A stretch of DNA of 64,000 nucleotides from Chiloscyllium plagiosum. Lineage: Eukaryota. A program made the translations under genes and the position numbers. Of the stretch, positions 23,609-37,012 are shown piece by piece (position 1 is the stretch's first letter; the number at the start of each line of letters is the position of its first letter). The stretch lies in the NCBI RefSeq assembly GCF_004010195.1, contig NC_057728.1, forward strand, positions 50,317,635 through 50,381,634, in the 5' to 3' direction. A model generated the notes under the pieces. The model did not search any database. It saw nothing but the letters and a program-made list of their open reading frames with translations, and was not told the DNA's origin.

Positions 23609-24532
23609 TGCAATGCCCCAGGGCCCGCGGGCAAGGAGGAGACAATTTTGACAACTCCCCACTTCATGGCCCCAACAACACAACATGTTTCTCTCCGGAA
23701 CATAGCGTTAAAAGTATTCCCACTGCCAAGATCTGAGCGGTGGAGTTCTCAAATTTGTCCATGTCCATTATAGTGACAAGTCTGTTTTTCACGCATGAAT
23801 GATCTAAGATGGTTTGCAATCCAAAGCAGCAGCTTCCTGTCATGAGTGAACATAAAATTGCAGCTGACAAACCAGAAAAACATATAAAGACCAAGTTGTG
23901 TATTTCCAAAGTCATATTATTGAATCAGAATATTTTATCAAAGGAAAATCACTTCCCATGTCTTGTCAAACAATGTGGAATCTGAAACATTGTAGGAGAA
24001 TGCTCTATAATGAAACTTAAAGTCACAGTTTGAGAACTCATTTGATAAGTTTACTGTCCGGCAGCAGTTGTCAGAGAATATTTCTAATTCTTTTTCTCAG
24101 CAAAAGAGCTGTCCTTTTCAAGTTCTTTGATCCATAACTGGCTTTGAATAAAGACTCACCTTTCAACTTTGTCATGCTTATGACTGAAAGGTTCCAAAGA
24201 AAGCAATTACTGCAGACCAAATTTCAGGTCTGTGATGTGAGAATTATATATCTGTCCGATGAAATGTTTGTGAAATCTAGGTCACAGCAAGGTTGGTCCT
24301 GATTATCAATCAACTGCCTCAAAACCTGAAATACTTCACATGGGAAACTGCAGAGACCAATGCTGAAACCCAGACACTGAAAGTCATTTGTAACAGAATG
24401 GTTATTCCTCACGAGTGTACCACATGGTCAATTTTACCAGATGCACAGGTCTTATGGCAGGTGTACAGATCCTTGACATTAAATATGCACAGACCCTTTC
24501 TGGGTCTGTAAACCATGTCTGCACATATTTAT

Positions 24533-24852
24533 TTAGATTAGATTAGATTCCCTACAGTATGGAAACAGGCCCTTTGGTCCAACAAGTCCACACACCTTTG
24601 AAGAGTAACCCACCCAGACCCATTTCCCTACTGTATATTTACCCCTGACTATGGGCAACTTAGCATGATCAATCCACCCTAACCTGCACATCTTTGGATT
24701 GTGGGAGGAAACCGGAGCACCCGGAGGAGACCCACGCAGGCACAGGGAGAATATGATAACTCCACACAGAAAGTTGCCCGAGGATGGGATCAAACCCGGG
24801 TTCCTGATGCTGTGAGGCAGCAGTGCTAACCACTGAGCCACCATGCCACCCC
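24533..24852 (-). mobile_element. HE1-like V-SINE
   Basis: (TTAGA)n tail at left, gctaaccactgagccacc head at right. Confidence 0.9.
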
Positions 24853-26396
24853 TTTAATCGTTTGATAGTAGAAAACTTAAGTGTTACTGAAAAAGAATAT
24901 GCATGTTGTTGAAATGTTTTGTCTTGCACTCATCAGGAGAAATCAGAATCAACCTGCCTGATTTCCATTTAAACAAAGTTTATCCATCAGCTGTCAGACT
25001 TAATCTAGCTGGCACACTCGCCATGACAATCAGAATCCACTTGCTAACCAATTGGCAGTCTCTGCTCCTACAGTTTTTAAAAAAAATTCCCTTTACATTA
25101 ATATTTCCGGTGAATTATTCTGACAAGCTCAAGACTAAAAAATTCGATAAACTGTGTCTTTTTCATCAATGCACACATTTATTCAGCGTGTTCTAGTGTA
25201 GGCAAACAAGAGTTCAATTCGGGAGGAGCAGCCAGAGTAACCACATCCTGTGAATGAGTAATAAAAACAGACATATACGTTAGAAGCTACGAGATTTGTG
25301 TGTTGATAAAGACCTTAAACATTCAGCAAGGTTCTGAAACTCTAGATTAGGGTTCTCACACTTCCTGCAAAGACTCCATTTCAAGGTTAGAATTTTGTCA
25401 TTATCCCCTTCAGTGAGAGCCATTTTGAACTGGAATGGGGACAGGGGGTGAGAAGGTAGGGGGTGAGGTGGTGACACTATCTAGGAGGAGGGGTATGGAA
25501 TACATTAGGAATTCAAGAGATCTCATTGTCCTTTTAAAAAGTGTCCAAGCCTACCATTTGTACGACAGCAGGAGCAAGACTGTGCTCACAGTTTGATAAA
25601 AATGTGAGGTTTGAAAACTGCCTCACAGATGTTTGCATATTCAAGGTTCTGTGGAGTTCTGAAGAAGAGTTATACTGGACTTGTAACATTAACTGTGTTT
25701 CTGTCTTCCCAAGTGCTGTATGACCTGCTCATGCTTCCAATTCTTCCTGTCTTTATACCAGCACAAACTAATTGGATTAAATGACCTGTTTTTGTAGCTG
25801 TACATGCAAAGCAATGTATTGTATTTCTGCTCAAGTGCACTGGGGAACAAACTGAGAGTGTATTATTATGGAATTGACCTTACACTTGTCCTTCCCTGTC
25901 CAGTTCTGACTGCGGACTGTTTGGTAACTCTCTATAGCACTTTTAAAACATATTAAAACGTGCTGTTACCAGTAAAACAAATCTCTCTTTTGAGGATGTT
26001 CTGAAACTGTCCATTGACCATGTCAATTCTATGAGCAACAGATGGAAAATATTTCATTCCATTTTTGGAATTGTTACATAGAGACAGCCAGCACATCTTC
26101 ACCTGTTGCTGTCAAATTGTAGCAATGGAAAACAGAGTGAATAGATGCTCAAACCAATTGACATGGTAAGGGGAAGGATGCCCAAATTTGTAGGATCCAA
26201 AAGTCCCTCTGAATGTCAAACTGACTCTATTCTGTCTCCATTCATCAAGGGTGTCCACAATGAGATTAGCATCGTTCAAATACTGACACAGTAAGGAAGG
26301 AATAACTGTCCTCCTATCACCTCTATTTACAACCCAATGCTCACAAAAACCTTGCAATACTTTTACTGCATCTTTCTGTATACAGTAAATATATAT

Positions 26397-26605
26397 GAGT
26401 CAAAAAGTGTGGTGTTGGAAAAGCACAGCCGGTCAGGCAGCATCCAAGGAACAGGAGAGTCGACGTTTCGAGCATAAACTCTTCATCACGACATATTCCT
26501 GATGCTCGAAACATCGACTCTCCTGCCCCTTGGATGTTGTCTGACTGGCGACCGCCACACATTTTGACTCTGATCTCCGGCATCTGCAGTCCTCACTTTC
26601 TCCAC
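26397..26605. mobile_element. Head-to-head Penelope-terminus palindrome
   Basis: gagtcaaaaagtgtgg...ggagagtcgacgtttcgagcat inverted against atgctcgaaacatcgactctcc...ccacacattttgactc. Confidence 0.75.
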
Positions 26606-27867
26606 AGTAAATATACATGTAAACCACGTTCAACTTGATAAAGCCTGTTCAATGTTGGTGTGGCTTCCTTAGATTATAATTTGATTCATAACTTCATGGA
26701 ACACTCACAAACCTAATGCTCACTCAGAAATTGCTGAAAATACACAGTAGGTCAGGAAGAGAAAGAGAGAAGCAAAGTTAATATGCCCCAATTTTTAATT
26801 GGTATTGAGTTTAAACCGCACTGCAGGGAGGCATTGAAAACTATGGTCCCTGAGGATGTGTCAGTTCCTGGTACCTACAGAACAGTGAGAGGGAAGGTAT
26901 GGGGAAGCTGCTCACCATTAATTGATGGAACTCCTTAAGGAACTAATGAATGGAATGGAATGGAATGGGGCATCCCAACCAGACTTGTGCATGCTACCAT
27001 AGGGTTGAAATCACTATATTTGCAATGGCATTTTAAATCAAGTCAGTGAATGCAATCAGCACTAGCACACACATCAGTATTACCTGAAGTATTAATGGTA
27101 TTAATTAGGTTTGTGGGGTTTGTTTAATTAAAACAGTAAAACACATTACAAGTTATGAAGCAGCCATTACAGCAAACAACAGGTTTCTGCATCTTCTGCT
27201 TTCAAACCCACAGCAGACTAACTGGCAGGCAGAGTCACACCATGGTATCCTGAAGGGTGAACCTTTGTGAACACTGTATCTTTTTGTTTTCTGTGTTTTT
27301 GATTTTTATTCAATTCTGTTGTGGGATGTGAGTGACACTGGCTGGCCAGCACTTATTTTCAGTCCCTCGTTAACCTTGAGAAAGTGGTGGTGAGCTGTCA
27401 TTGTGGACTCAGATAGGTAAAGGACTGTTTTAGAAAACAAAGATTGTTGAAGGATTGTTGTGGGAAAGACAGCCTAGTTACAGATGAGCTGAAGATGATT
27501 GTGACTGTGTACAAACAGAGATTTGTCTGGCAGCACATGGCTGATTGGTCTGTGGTGTGGTGACCAGTTGTCAATGACAAAGGTTTTCTGCCCACCAACA
27601 TGATGTGATTGGCTCCCAGTTAGATATTTGTTGGCTGTGAATGTTCCCTCTTGAACGGAATGAACTGTTTTTGCTCTGCTGGAGAAAGCATCTCAACCTT
27701 GAAGGGAACCAGTTTGTTTCCCGTCAGCAGCTGTTGTCAGGTGTGACTTTTAATTAAATACGTCAGAGACTATATAAGTGTGAACAACCTTGTGCCTCCT
27801 GCAAACCTGGAGAAGGAAGGTGAAGAAGCAGAATTTTGATAATCTCAGCAAAGGGATTAAAAAGCCA

Positions 27868-28240
27868 TTGTAGTAATGTGACTGGACAGGTAATCCAGAG
27901 CCCTCAGACTAACATTCTGGGGAAATGGGTTCAAATCCCACCATTGCAAATGGTCAAATTCAATTTTAAGAAACCCTAGAATTAGAAACTAGTTTATTAT
28001 TTACGTGTACATGCTCTCGATTGTGGTAAAAGTAGATTGTCATTCACTAATGTCTTTTCGGGAAGGAAACATTCCATCATTGCCTGGTCTGTCCATGTGA
28101 CTCTAGATCCACAGCAGTCTTAACTGGACAACTCGTAACTGCCCTCCAAAATAGCCAAGTAGCCACTCACTTCAAGGGCAATTAGGGATGGGTTATGAAG
28201 ATTGGCCATGCCTGTGATACTCACATCCCGTGTCCAAATA
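27868..28240 (+). mobile_element. Second tRNA-derived SINE family (not V-SINE)
   Basis: gtaatccagag...gggttcaaatcccacc B box; gggaaggaaa...gggcaattagggatggg...cacatccc tail; recurs at 30195, 39145, 49393, 58630. Confidence 0.75.
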
Positions 28241-28789
28241 ACAGGGAAGGAGCTGCCTGACCTGCTGGGTTTCTTAACCCATTTTGCTTTTATTGCTTTG
28301 CATTACTCAACTTTGATCTCACAGATCTGATGCCTTTCTCACTTGAATTCCACTGACCTGAAGACAGGCAGATTTCAACACCTCACCATCACCTCTCACA
28401 GGACTTTGGGAAAGACAGAGCATTCCAGGAGGAGTTACCATAACTCAGCGAATGCCCCAATTCCTTTGTTAATGGAAAACTGAAAAAGGAACAGGCACAG
28501 AAAGAATACTCTGATTAATAAACAAACCTGGATCCTCAAGCAGACTGGGGATTAGGGCATTGTTTCGAGACAGCTTCTGTTAGCAGATGGGTAATGTGAT
28601 GTCGTGCCATCAATAACAAGTTTGAAGCATGTTGCGTGAAAGAAATGATTGGAGCTGAGCAGCTGGAGTATCTTTTGGAGCCGCGTTAACACCTGCATGT
28701 GTGACGTGACACATATGGTCAAATTCAGCAAGACAAGCAATGGAGAAAGTGATTGCACATATAAACAACCTCAGAATATCGCACAGCTG

Positions 28790-29240
28790 AGGAAGTGTTT
28801 TTTTCTCAAGTGTAATCATTGTGGCAGTAACTATGTGCCAAGTAAGATCCATAAGCAGTACAGTGATAATAAACAAATTGTCCAGTTTTGGTGATGTTAT
28901 TTGCAGGATTAATAATCATCCTCAGACAAATGGAAAAACTAGTATCTAAAGTCAGCTATAGAGTCCACTAAGCCCACTTCACCTTTTATTAAGTTCACTA
29001 TGCTCCTTCTTCTTCACCAAGTCACCAGACACTGGAGAGAACTCCCCTGAAATTCTACAAAATAATCCCAAGGAATGCTTTCCATCCATCACCATCAAGG
29101 ATACATCATCCATCAACCTCATTCCATAGTACTGACCATCCAACATTGTGGCTCTCCCTCAGTACTGACCATCCAACAGTGTACTGCTCCCTCTGTACTG
29201 ACCATCTGACAGTGTGACACTCCCTCAGTACTGACCAGAA
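28790..29240 (-). mobile_element. Decayed Deu-domain SINE ending in a short 33-bp tandem array (29128-29236)
   Basis: cagacactggagagaactcccctg and other Deu-SINE-like segments; about 3 copies of agtactgaccatccaacagtgtactgctccctc. Confidence 0.6.
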
Positions 29241-30194
29241 AACTTAAATATCATCATTGAGTCTGGAAGGATTTAAAACAAAGCTGGAGGATATTTCTAG
29301 CTTGTTTTTCCCCGAAAGACCCTTATGGAGAAAGTTCAGAAAAATGCAAAGTATTGAGGAGCTGCAAAACACTTTGGATTGTTTCTAGAATTAAACATTT
29401 ACTTTAAAGATAATATAAAATGAGGGGATTTAGTTGTCAGTAAAAGTAGAAAGAAGCAAATTCTGTCCTGGCGTTGAAAGTCTAAGCTCCCTACAATAAG
29501 AAAATAATGTTTAGTTAAGAATGTTCTTTTGGCATTTGTTACAATAAACATTTCAAAACATGAAATATTGTTGTGTTTCCTTCTTTCAACTAATAATTGG
29601 AAGTTCAAATTTATCTTTAAAGGTTATCAGTCTCTGCAGAGATCACACCACAATCATGAAGTTGGATGAAGTGATAAAAGTTGAATGTAATCATTGAGTT
29701 GATAAAAGGACAGATTTAATACAACAAACATCAAGTTCTGCTCCAATCACTGTCAGGAACACCGTGACCTAATTTCTTCCTTTGCCTGCAGTAAAGATTT
29801 AATTGAAAAGAGGAGAAAGGGTGAACCAGTTGTTATATAACTACAAAACATCTGCTGCTCCATCAGTATCATGCACATTGATTGGCCACTAGCTAATGCT
29901 TCTGAAATGCGACTTTACTTGTCCCTGGATTAACGCATAAAAGTTAATGCATTATACAAAAAAAACTTCCTATTTTGAAACCTACAAGAAATAAAGACAG
30001 ATATTGACAACAAAGGGCTCAAAAGAAAAGCCAATAATGAAGAGGACTGAGAGTGCACTGTTGTACAAATTATAATGAGATTCATTTAACTGATTCCATG
30101 AAGACAGCAGTCTGGAATGAGAATGTGAAGAGAGAGCTCTTAGACACTACATCAGAGCCGTGTTCAATTACCTACCATGTAGGAGGGAAACAAT

Positions 30195-31005
30195 CACATA
30201 GTGGTAATGTCACTGGATTAGTAACCAGGAACAAAAACAGAAATTGCTGACAAAACTCAACAGATCATTCATCAGAATAAATCTGTCATCAGATTTGAAA
30301 GATTCATTCTGCTTTCTCTCCACAGATGCTGCCAGACCTGTTGAGTTTCTTTCACAATTTCTGCTTTTGTTTCAGATTTCCAGCATCCACCCTTCTTTGT
30401 TTATTGTAGTAATCCAGAGATCCAGGCTAATGATTTGGGGAAATAGGTTCAAAATTGGCCACATTATGATGGTTCATTGGTTAGCACTGCAGACTCTCAG
30501 TACCAGGGACCTTGGTTTGATTCCAGCCTTGGGTGATTGTCTGTGTGGAGTTTACTTGTTATTCCCGTTTCTGTTGGGTGCTCCAGTTTCCTCCCACAGT
30601 CCAAAGACTGGATTGGCCGTGCTAAATGTGGGGTTATGAGGATAGAGTAAGAGGCTGGATCTGGGTGGGATGCACTTCAGAGGGTTGGTGCGGATTCATT
30701 TCAGATTATAGGAACTCTCTGATGTTAGAATTTGAATTCAATTAATAAGTAAGAAATTGAAAGCTAGCCTCAGTGATGGTGACTATAAGACTGTTACCAA
30801 TTGTTGTAAAAAACCTATCTTATTCACTAATACTCTTTAGGGAGGGAAATCTGCCATCTTGACCCAATTTGGCCTGAATGTGACTCCAGACCCGCAGCAA
30901 TACTGTGGACTCTTAACTGCTCTTTGAAACGAGTTACCTGGACACAATTGAGATTGGTAATAATTGCTGGCGTTAAAGCCACATCCCATGAAATAATTTT
31001 AAAAA
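30195..31005 (+). mobile_element. Second-family tRNA SINE split by a Penelope-terminus palindrome (30230-30405) and a V-SINE (30457-30700)
   Basis: Head gtggtaatgtcactggattagtaa resumes as tagtaatccagag; body resumes at about 30720. Confidence 0.7.
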
Positions 31006-31359
31006 CATATAAATGTAAATAAAGGAGTACTTTGATGCATTCGGAGTTGAAACATCTTACACTAAAGCAGTCTCAGGGACAGTGTATGCACAGATAGCCA
31101 CAGTCCACATCCTCCAGTATCAGTATCTCAATGTGCAAATAGCAGGATGAGCTTAAAGCACAAGATAAAGCAAAAAAGATTGCAGAATGAGGAAGTTACG
31201 TACTTGAAAGAACTGAATGTAAATAATTTAATGTGCTCAGTTGGTTTTAATGTTAATATTCTTCACAGTAGAATTGCCAACTACTAATGTTGGATTGAAT
31301 CGATAAAATCATCACAAGTGATGTTTGGTCAGAGTGCAGTGATCAAGATCTTGTAGCTG

Positions 31360-31480
31360 ACGAAGCTGTGCCTAGGTACCTTTGTACCTAAGATGGCACT
31401 GCAAGTGGTGACTTGGAAATGTTTCATTGTATTCAGTTGAGCACATGTGACAATAAAACTAATTCAGTTCAATTCAAGTG
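31360..31480 (+). mobile_element. Short element with Rex1-type 3' tail
   Basis: cacatgtgacaataaaactaattcagttcaattca. Confidence 0.5.
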
Positions 31481-31526
31481 GTCATCGCAGAGATGAGATA
31501 ATGTCAGACTAAGAGCCCCATTGAAT

Positions 31527-31855
31527 CTTATAGCTCAGTCGGAAGCACGCTTGTTTCTGAATTGTGAGAGTCTGGTTCAAGTCCCACTCTATACCTTGAG
31601 TACAAAAATCTATGTGTGCTGTTGGAATGCTGCATTATGGGAAATGCCAGCTATGGAATGGGACATGAATCAGAGGCTCCACCTGCCTGTTCAAGTGGGT
31701 GTCCCATAGCACTATTTTGAAGAAGAGAGTTTTTTTTGGTGTCCTGGCAATCTTTCGCCTTTAATCAAATCACACAAAATGGATTAACTGACCATGATCA
31801 CTTTGCTGTTGTGGAATTTTCTGTGTACAAATTAGCTTCTGAGTTTCTCAGTTAC
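31527..31855 (+). mobile_element. Decayed Deu-domain SINE (SacSINE1-like)
   Basis: tagctcagtcgg A box, ggttcaagtccc B box, cccatagcactattttgaagaagag...ggtgtcctggcaa core. Confidence 0.7.
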
Positions 31856-33299
31856 AGGGATGTGAGGAATGCATTGGGAAGCAAGTCCCACTGCTCCACG
31901 GGTAGTACCAGTGGATTCATGGTTTTGATTCAATCATCAAATGGCTGTTGTTGCACTTTTATGGTACTTTCCAGAATAAAACAGACTTTCAGAGGTTTTC
32001 TTTACCGAACTCAAAATAATCCATTTATTATTTTAAAAATCACTCTGAAGAACAAGTGACAAAACTCATTACCATCTAAGCTTTGATCCAGAATTAGGAC
32101 CATATCCCCTTTAAATCACAAAACAAACACATGCAGAGAACACCAAAGATGCAAAGACTCTGCAGAAATGGTAATTAAAAGAAGGCAAAAGAATAAAATT
32201 GGCCAAAGATCTATGAACAGCAATAGAGAATTTGATGCATTCTCTTGCTCTACTATTTTCTTGTTGATGAAATTGAATTGCCAATAACTGTAGACCATTG
32301 AAAAATAGAGTAGTCCCCTTGTACTGGTGGGGGATATGGTACAATAACTACTGCGAAAGCCTGATACCGTGGATAGGTGCAAACCAATTCATTTAAATGG
32401 GAAATTCACCTTCCCTGTAGTTCCCTGCTCCCTGGTTCTGGAATGTTCCCTGTAGTATGTTCAAGTCGCGGTAAACCATGTGTAATTGAAACTGCAGAAA
32501 CCAACTCTGCGGATATGGTGGTCACCCTATATTTCAAAAAAGTATTCAATTCAGATGGAAAGTATGATGGAATTCTTCAGGTAGTGGTCACTGTTCATCT
32601 TTTCAGGCTTCAGAGGATAATCAAAATATAAAGGTGTGGAAACTTTAGCAGGTTCCCAAATACTTCAACCAAGAGGGAGACAGATGGCCTGGCACCTGTA
32701 TTTTGACTTTTCCTTGTTCTTCATCCTCTAGATTTGTGAAACTAGAAAATAAAGTCCAGATAGTGTTGCTGGACAACCATCAGCAGACAGTCCCCAGTTG
32801 TCTCTTCAAAGTCAGATGTTTCAGCAATTAAGGCGAGTGATCTGCAACTCTTAGCTCTCTAAAAGCTTTGGTTGATTATTTTCCCAAGGTCATTTGATCT
32901 TCAGTAAACATCAAGTAGATTGAAGTCCACATTAAACTGTTGACCTCATTTCCAAGGAATGGCATGGGTTCTCTTCAAACCATTCGTAAAAATCATTTTT
33001 AAACCAGAAAGTGCCTCAACAGTTCAAAGTCTTCCAGTTCTCCATATAGACCATAAATATTGAGATGTATTACCAATACGATCGCAATTATGACGATGTT
33101 TCAAAAGTATTTCATCAGTTGTCAAGTGCTCTGAGAGCTCCAGTGGTCATCAAAAGTTTATCTCTCAGGAAAGATTCGGACTATTGTCTTTTGCTGCTCT
33201 GGTGTTTTGGGATTACGGGCTGATTTTCCGAATAATCCTGCAACCTTTGGTTTGGCTGTCTGTGATTCGGTCTCAGAGTCAGAAAGCCCTGACTTTTTA

Positions 33300-33795
33300 G
33301 CCATAGAGTCATACAGCATGGAAGTAGACCCTTCAGTCCAACACGTCCATGCCAACCATAATCCCAAAATAAACTAGTCCCACCTGCCTGCGCTGGCTCC
33401 ACATCCCTTTCAAGTCTTCTTATTCGTGGATGTATCTAAGTGTCTTTTAAACATTGTAACAGTACATCCGCCACTTCCTCTGGAAGTTCATTCCACACAC
33501 AAACCACTCTCTGTTTAAAAAAGTTGCCCCATATATCTTTTATAAATCTTTTTCCACTCACCTTCAAAATATAGTCTTAAAAATCCCCACCTTGGGGAAA
33601 AGACACTGAGTGTTCACCTTATCTATACCCCTCATGATTTTATAAACCTCTATAAGGTCACCTCTCAACCTCCTACACTCCGGTGAAAAGAGTCCCAGCC
33701 TATCCAGCCTCTCCTTATAACTCAAACCCTCCATTCCTGGCAATATCCTGGTAAATCTCTTCTGAACCCTCTCCAGCTTAATGATATCCTTTAGT
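33300..33795 (-). mobile_element. CR1 3' fragment
   Basis: catagagtcatacagcatggaa tail; reverse of GDLIEVYKIMRG. Confidence 0.88.
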
Positions 33796-34039
33796 CTTAT
33801 TGCTGGCAGTCCTTTTGTGCTGATCTCTGATTCAGAATATTCCGGGCTGGAACTTGTTGAACGTTCTGTCCACTGGGTGTGGTCTGTAGTGTAAGATAAT
33901 GGTTATGAAAGTGTCCATTTGAGTTGTATTGTTGCTCCTTGTACTCTGAAATCTAATACAGGCACCGGACAGCTGCCTCCTTGGAGTTATTTCAGTTTCA
34001 AAGTTTCTTACTCTTGAACTGAATGCTAAGTTCGACCAT

Positions 34040-34610
34040 GGTTAGGTCACTTTTGGAATACTGAGTACAATTCTGGTTTCCCTCTTATTGGAAGGATGTT
34101 GTGAAGCTCGAAAGGCTTCAGAAAAGATTTACAAGGATGTTTCCAGGGTTGGAGGATTTGAGCTACATGGAGAGGCTGAATGGGCTGGGGCTGTTTTCCC
34201 TGGAGTGTCAAAGGCTGAGGAGTGACATTATAGAGGTTTATAAAATCATGAGGGGCGTGGTTAGGGTAAATAGGCAAAGTATTTTTCCCTGGGACGGGAG
34301 AGTCCAGAACTAGAGGGCATTGGTTTAGGGTGAGAGGGAAAAGATTTAAAAGGGGCCTAAGGGACAATGTTTTCTTACAGAGGATGATGCATGTGTGGAA
34401 TGAGCTCCTAGAGGAAGTGGTGGAGGTGGTACAATTATAACATTTAAAGGGCATCTGGATGGGTATATGAATAGGAAGGGTTTGGAGGGATATGGGTCAA
34501 GTGCTGGCAAATGGGACTAGATTAGATTAAGACATCTGGTCGGCATGGACGAGTTGAGCCAAAGGGTCTGTTTCCGTGCTGTACATTTCTATGACTCTAT
34601 GACTCTATGT
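34040..34610 (+). mobile_element. CR1 3' fragment
   Basis: KLERLQKRFTRMFPGLEDLSYMERLNGLGLFSLE; (ATGACTCT)n tail. Confidence 0.92.
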
Positions 34611-34713
34611 TATGATCACCATTCCCTGAAGAAAGACAAACAAAAAGAAAAATAACAAGAAATAAGAAAAAAGAAACTAAATTTTATAAAATACAGCTAT
34701 TGGGGGCAGGAGG

Positions 34714-34830
34714 GGGACTCTTGTGACACAGTGGTAGCGTCCCTACTCCTGGACCAGGAAGCCTGGGTTCAAGTCCCACCTGTTCCAGAGTTGTGTAATA
34801 ACATCCCTGAACAGGTTGATTAGAAAAATA
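34714..34830 (+). mobile_element. Short tRNA-derived SINE (third family; decayed relative at about 36770-36870)
   Basis: gtgacacagtggtagc A box, gggttcaagtccc B box, no full cloverleaf. Confidence 0.6.
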
Positions 34831-35129
34831 GGTGAAATAAGAAAAGATATAGTATTTGGGTGGAGCATCGTGTGGAGCACCTGCCATCCCATGTGATTAT
34901 ACACCTTACCCCCAAGGTGTCCTGCCCTACTCCCAGGATTGGAGAAGGGTGAGACATTCCAGCCTCTCAATCCTTGGGATTTTTCTGGAATTTCTCTTTT
35001 TCATTGCCACAGAGATGCAGTAAGATGGCTGCTAATTTGGCTGTGGAAGCTGAAGAGTCAATTCAAGGCTTTCTAGCCTGAGAGGAGTAGCAATGGAAAG
35101 CAGGTCAGAGAAAAGTCATTCAATTCTCT

Positions 35130-35465
35130 GTGACACAGTGGCTCAGTGGTCAGCACTGTTGCCTCACAACACCAGGGACCTGGACTTGATTCAGCCTCAG
35201 GCGACTGTTTGTGTGGAGTTTGCATATTCTTCCTGTGTCTGTGCAGGTTTCCTCCCACAGTCCAAAGATGTGCAGGTTAGGTGAATTGATCTTGCTAAAT
35301 AGTCCATAGTGTTCAGGATCTGTAGGTTAGGTGCATCAGTCAGGGTTAAATGTAGAGTAAGAGGGTAGGAGAATGGGTCTGAGTGGGTTACTCTTCGGAG
35401 GGTCAGTGTAGACTTGTTGGGTCAAATGGCCTTTTCCACACCGTAGGGATTCTATGATTCTATGA
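35130..35465 (+). mobile_element. HE1-like V-SINE
   Basis: Head, V-domain, (ATTCTATG)n tail. Confidence 0.9.
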
Positions 35466-37012
35466 ACTTGGATGCACCTCCTCAAGTCTATCAAAAGACA
35501 AAGTGGCCAGATGTCACTGTCAGCATGAGGTGGACAGGGGCTAAGGGATGGATCACATTTGGCTGTGCTGTAGGCAGAGCTGCCTGAAACCGTGGCAACA
35601 CAGTCCACTTGCAGTCAGGTAAACTAGTAACCATGGTGTATGAAAACAGGGGTCATTGTCCTGCAAGTGCGATCAAGAGGCTCTTCATGAGCTGAATTGC
35701 CTTCCCCTCTCACTGCTGGTTTGGAACCCAACTTCACCAAAATAGCAACCAGCAGGAGCAGTGGCAGGAAACCAGCACACCCTTGGTTATGTTCAGGAAT
35801 GCACACCCACCCCCTCTGTTTGAGTTCCTTCTCTCCCTGCGATGCAGAATTTCAGCAGCTGCTTTATCGCCCTTCCCCTTACCCCCTGTCCACCCCTCCA
35901 CCAAATACACAAACCCCTGGGAGTGTCGGGGTGGGGTGAAGTATTAGGAGTCCAGCGATGACCGTCCCTAAATAAGACAGGCCGGTGCATGTCACAGCAT
36001 GCTGTCTGAACACCCCCGCCCTGTGTCTGATGTGGGACATTCCATACTCCAAACAATGGCAATGCCACTGTCCAACACAAACGGGCAGGGAATTCAGATT
36101 ATAAATATTTATTTATGATAAACGGGCCTTTGTTCCAAGTTGTTAAAATTCCTGAATCAACAGCACAACACTAATAATTCAGCAACTGTTGCTGACAGCA
36201 GTTTTTCAGTGGCAGGAATCCAAATTGGCAAGTCACCCAAAGTCTGAGTGCCAATATCACGCTGTGATAAGGGTCATTACTCAAACAGAGATTAAATCCT
36301 GCTGAGCCCATCCATGGACTGTTCTTTTAAAAAGAAACAACGTATATTTACAGGATGCCCTTCACTCAATTCAAAGTACTCATAACCAATAATGTGCATT
36401 CATACTATCATGTAGGAAACAACAGCAGTCAATTGCACACAGCAAGATCCCATGATTGGCAAAGTCAGGTGTCCTTAGAGAGGGAGCACATGGCATTTAC
36501 CAATACTCTTGATACCTTTAGAGAGAGGCAGGTACAGCAGGTGCTTTATCCCCCCTTCCAACTCCATTTTGATTTAGATTGCCCCCCCATCTCCCTCTAC
36601 CTACCTCCGCATGCATTGCCCTAAATGAGTTTGTATGTAAATTAATTCAACGGAGAATTTGGGTCATTTACTACTGATAGTTACTCTGTCAAAATTATGG
36701 TGGGGAAAGCTGTTCGGTTGTGTGTGATAGAATTCTCAGATGTTGATTAAAAATGATGTAGCGATGTTTGGAGGCGTTCTCATAGTGTAGTTGTAGTGAC
36801 TCTGTCTCTGAAAGAGTCCCACCTGCTCTATATTAACATTTCTGAACAGGCCAATTGGAAATTATCTACAGTAATGTTAGCTGAGAGATATATATTAGCC
36901 AAGAAAACATATTAGATTCTGCAGCTGTTCCTCTAATAACAATCTGGGAACTATTTACATCCACCCAAGAAGGGAGATACGTTTTGGTTTAATGATTCAT
37001 GTAAAAAAAACC

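Noticed and set aside
22319..23703. 455-, 442- and 206-aa Cys/His/Pro-rich ORFs
   Set aside because: Translations of the 22-bp minisatellite, open in all three frames; no gene context
34714..34790. Possible tRNA gene
   Set aside because: A and B boxes present but no convincing cloverleaf; continues into a SINE-like body with a decayed relative nearby
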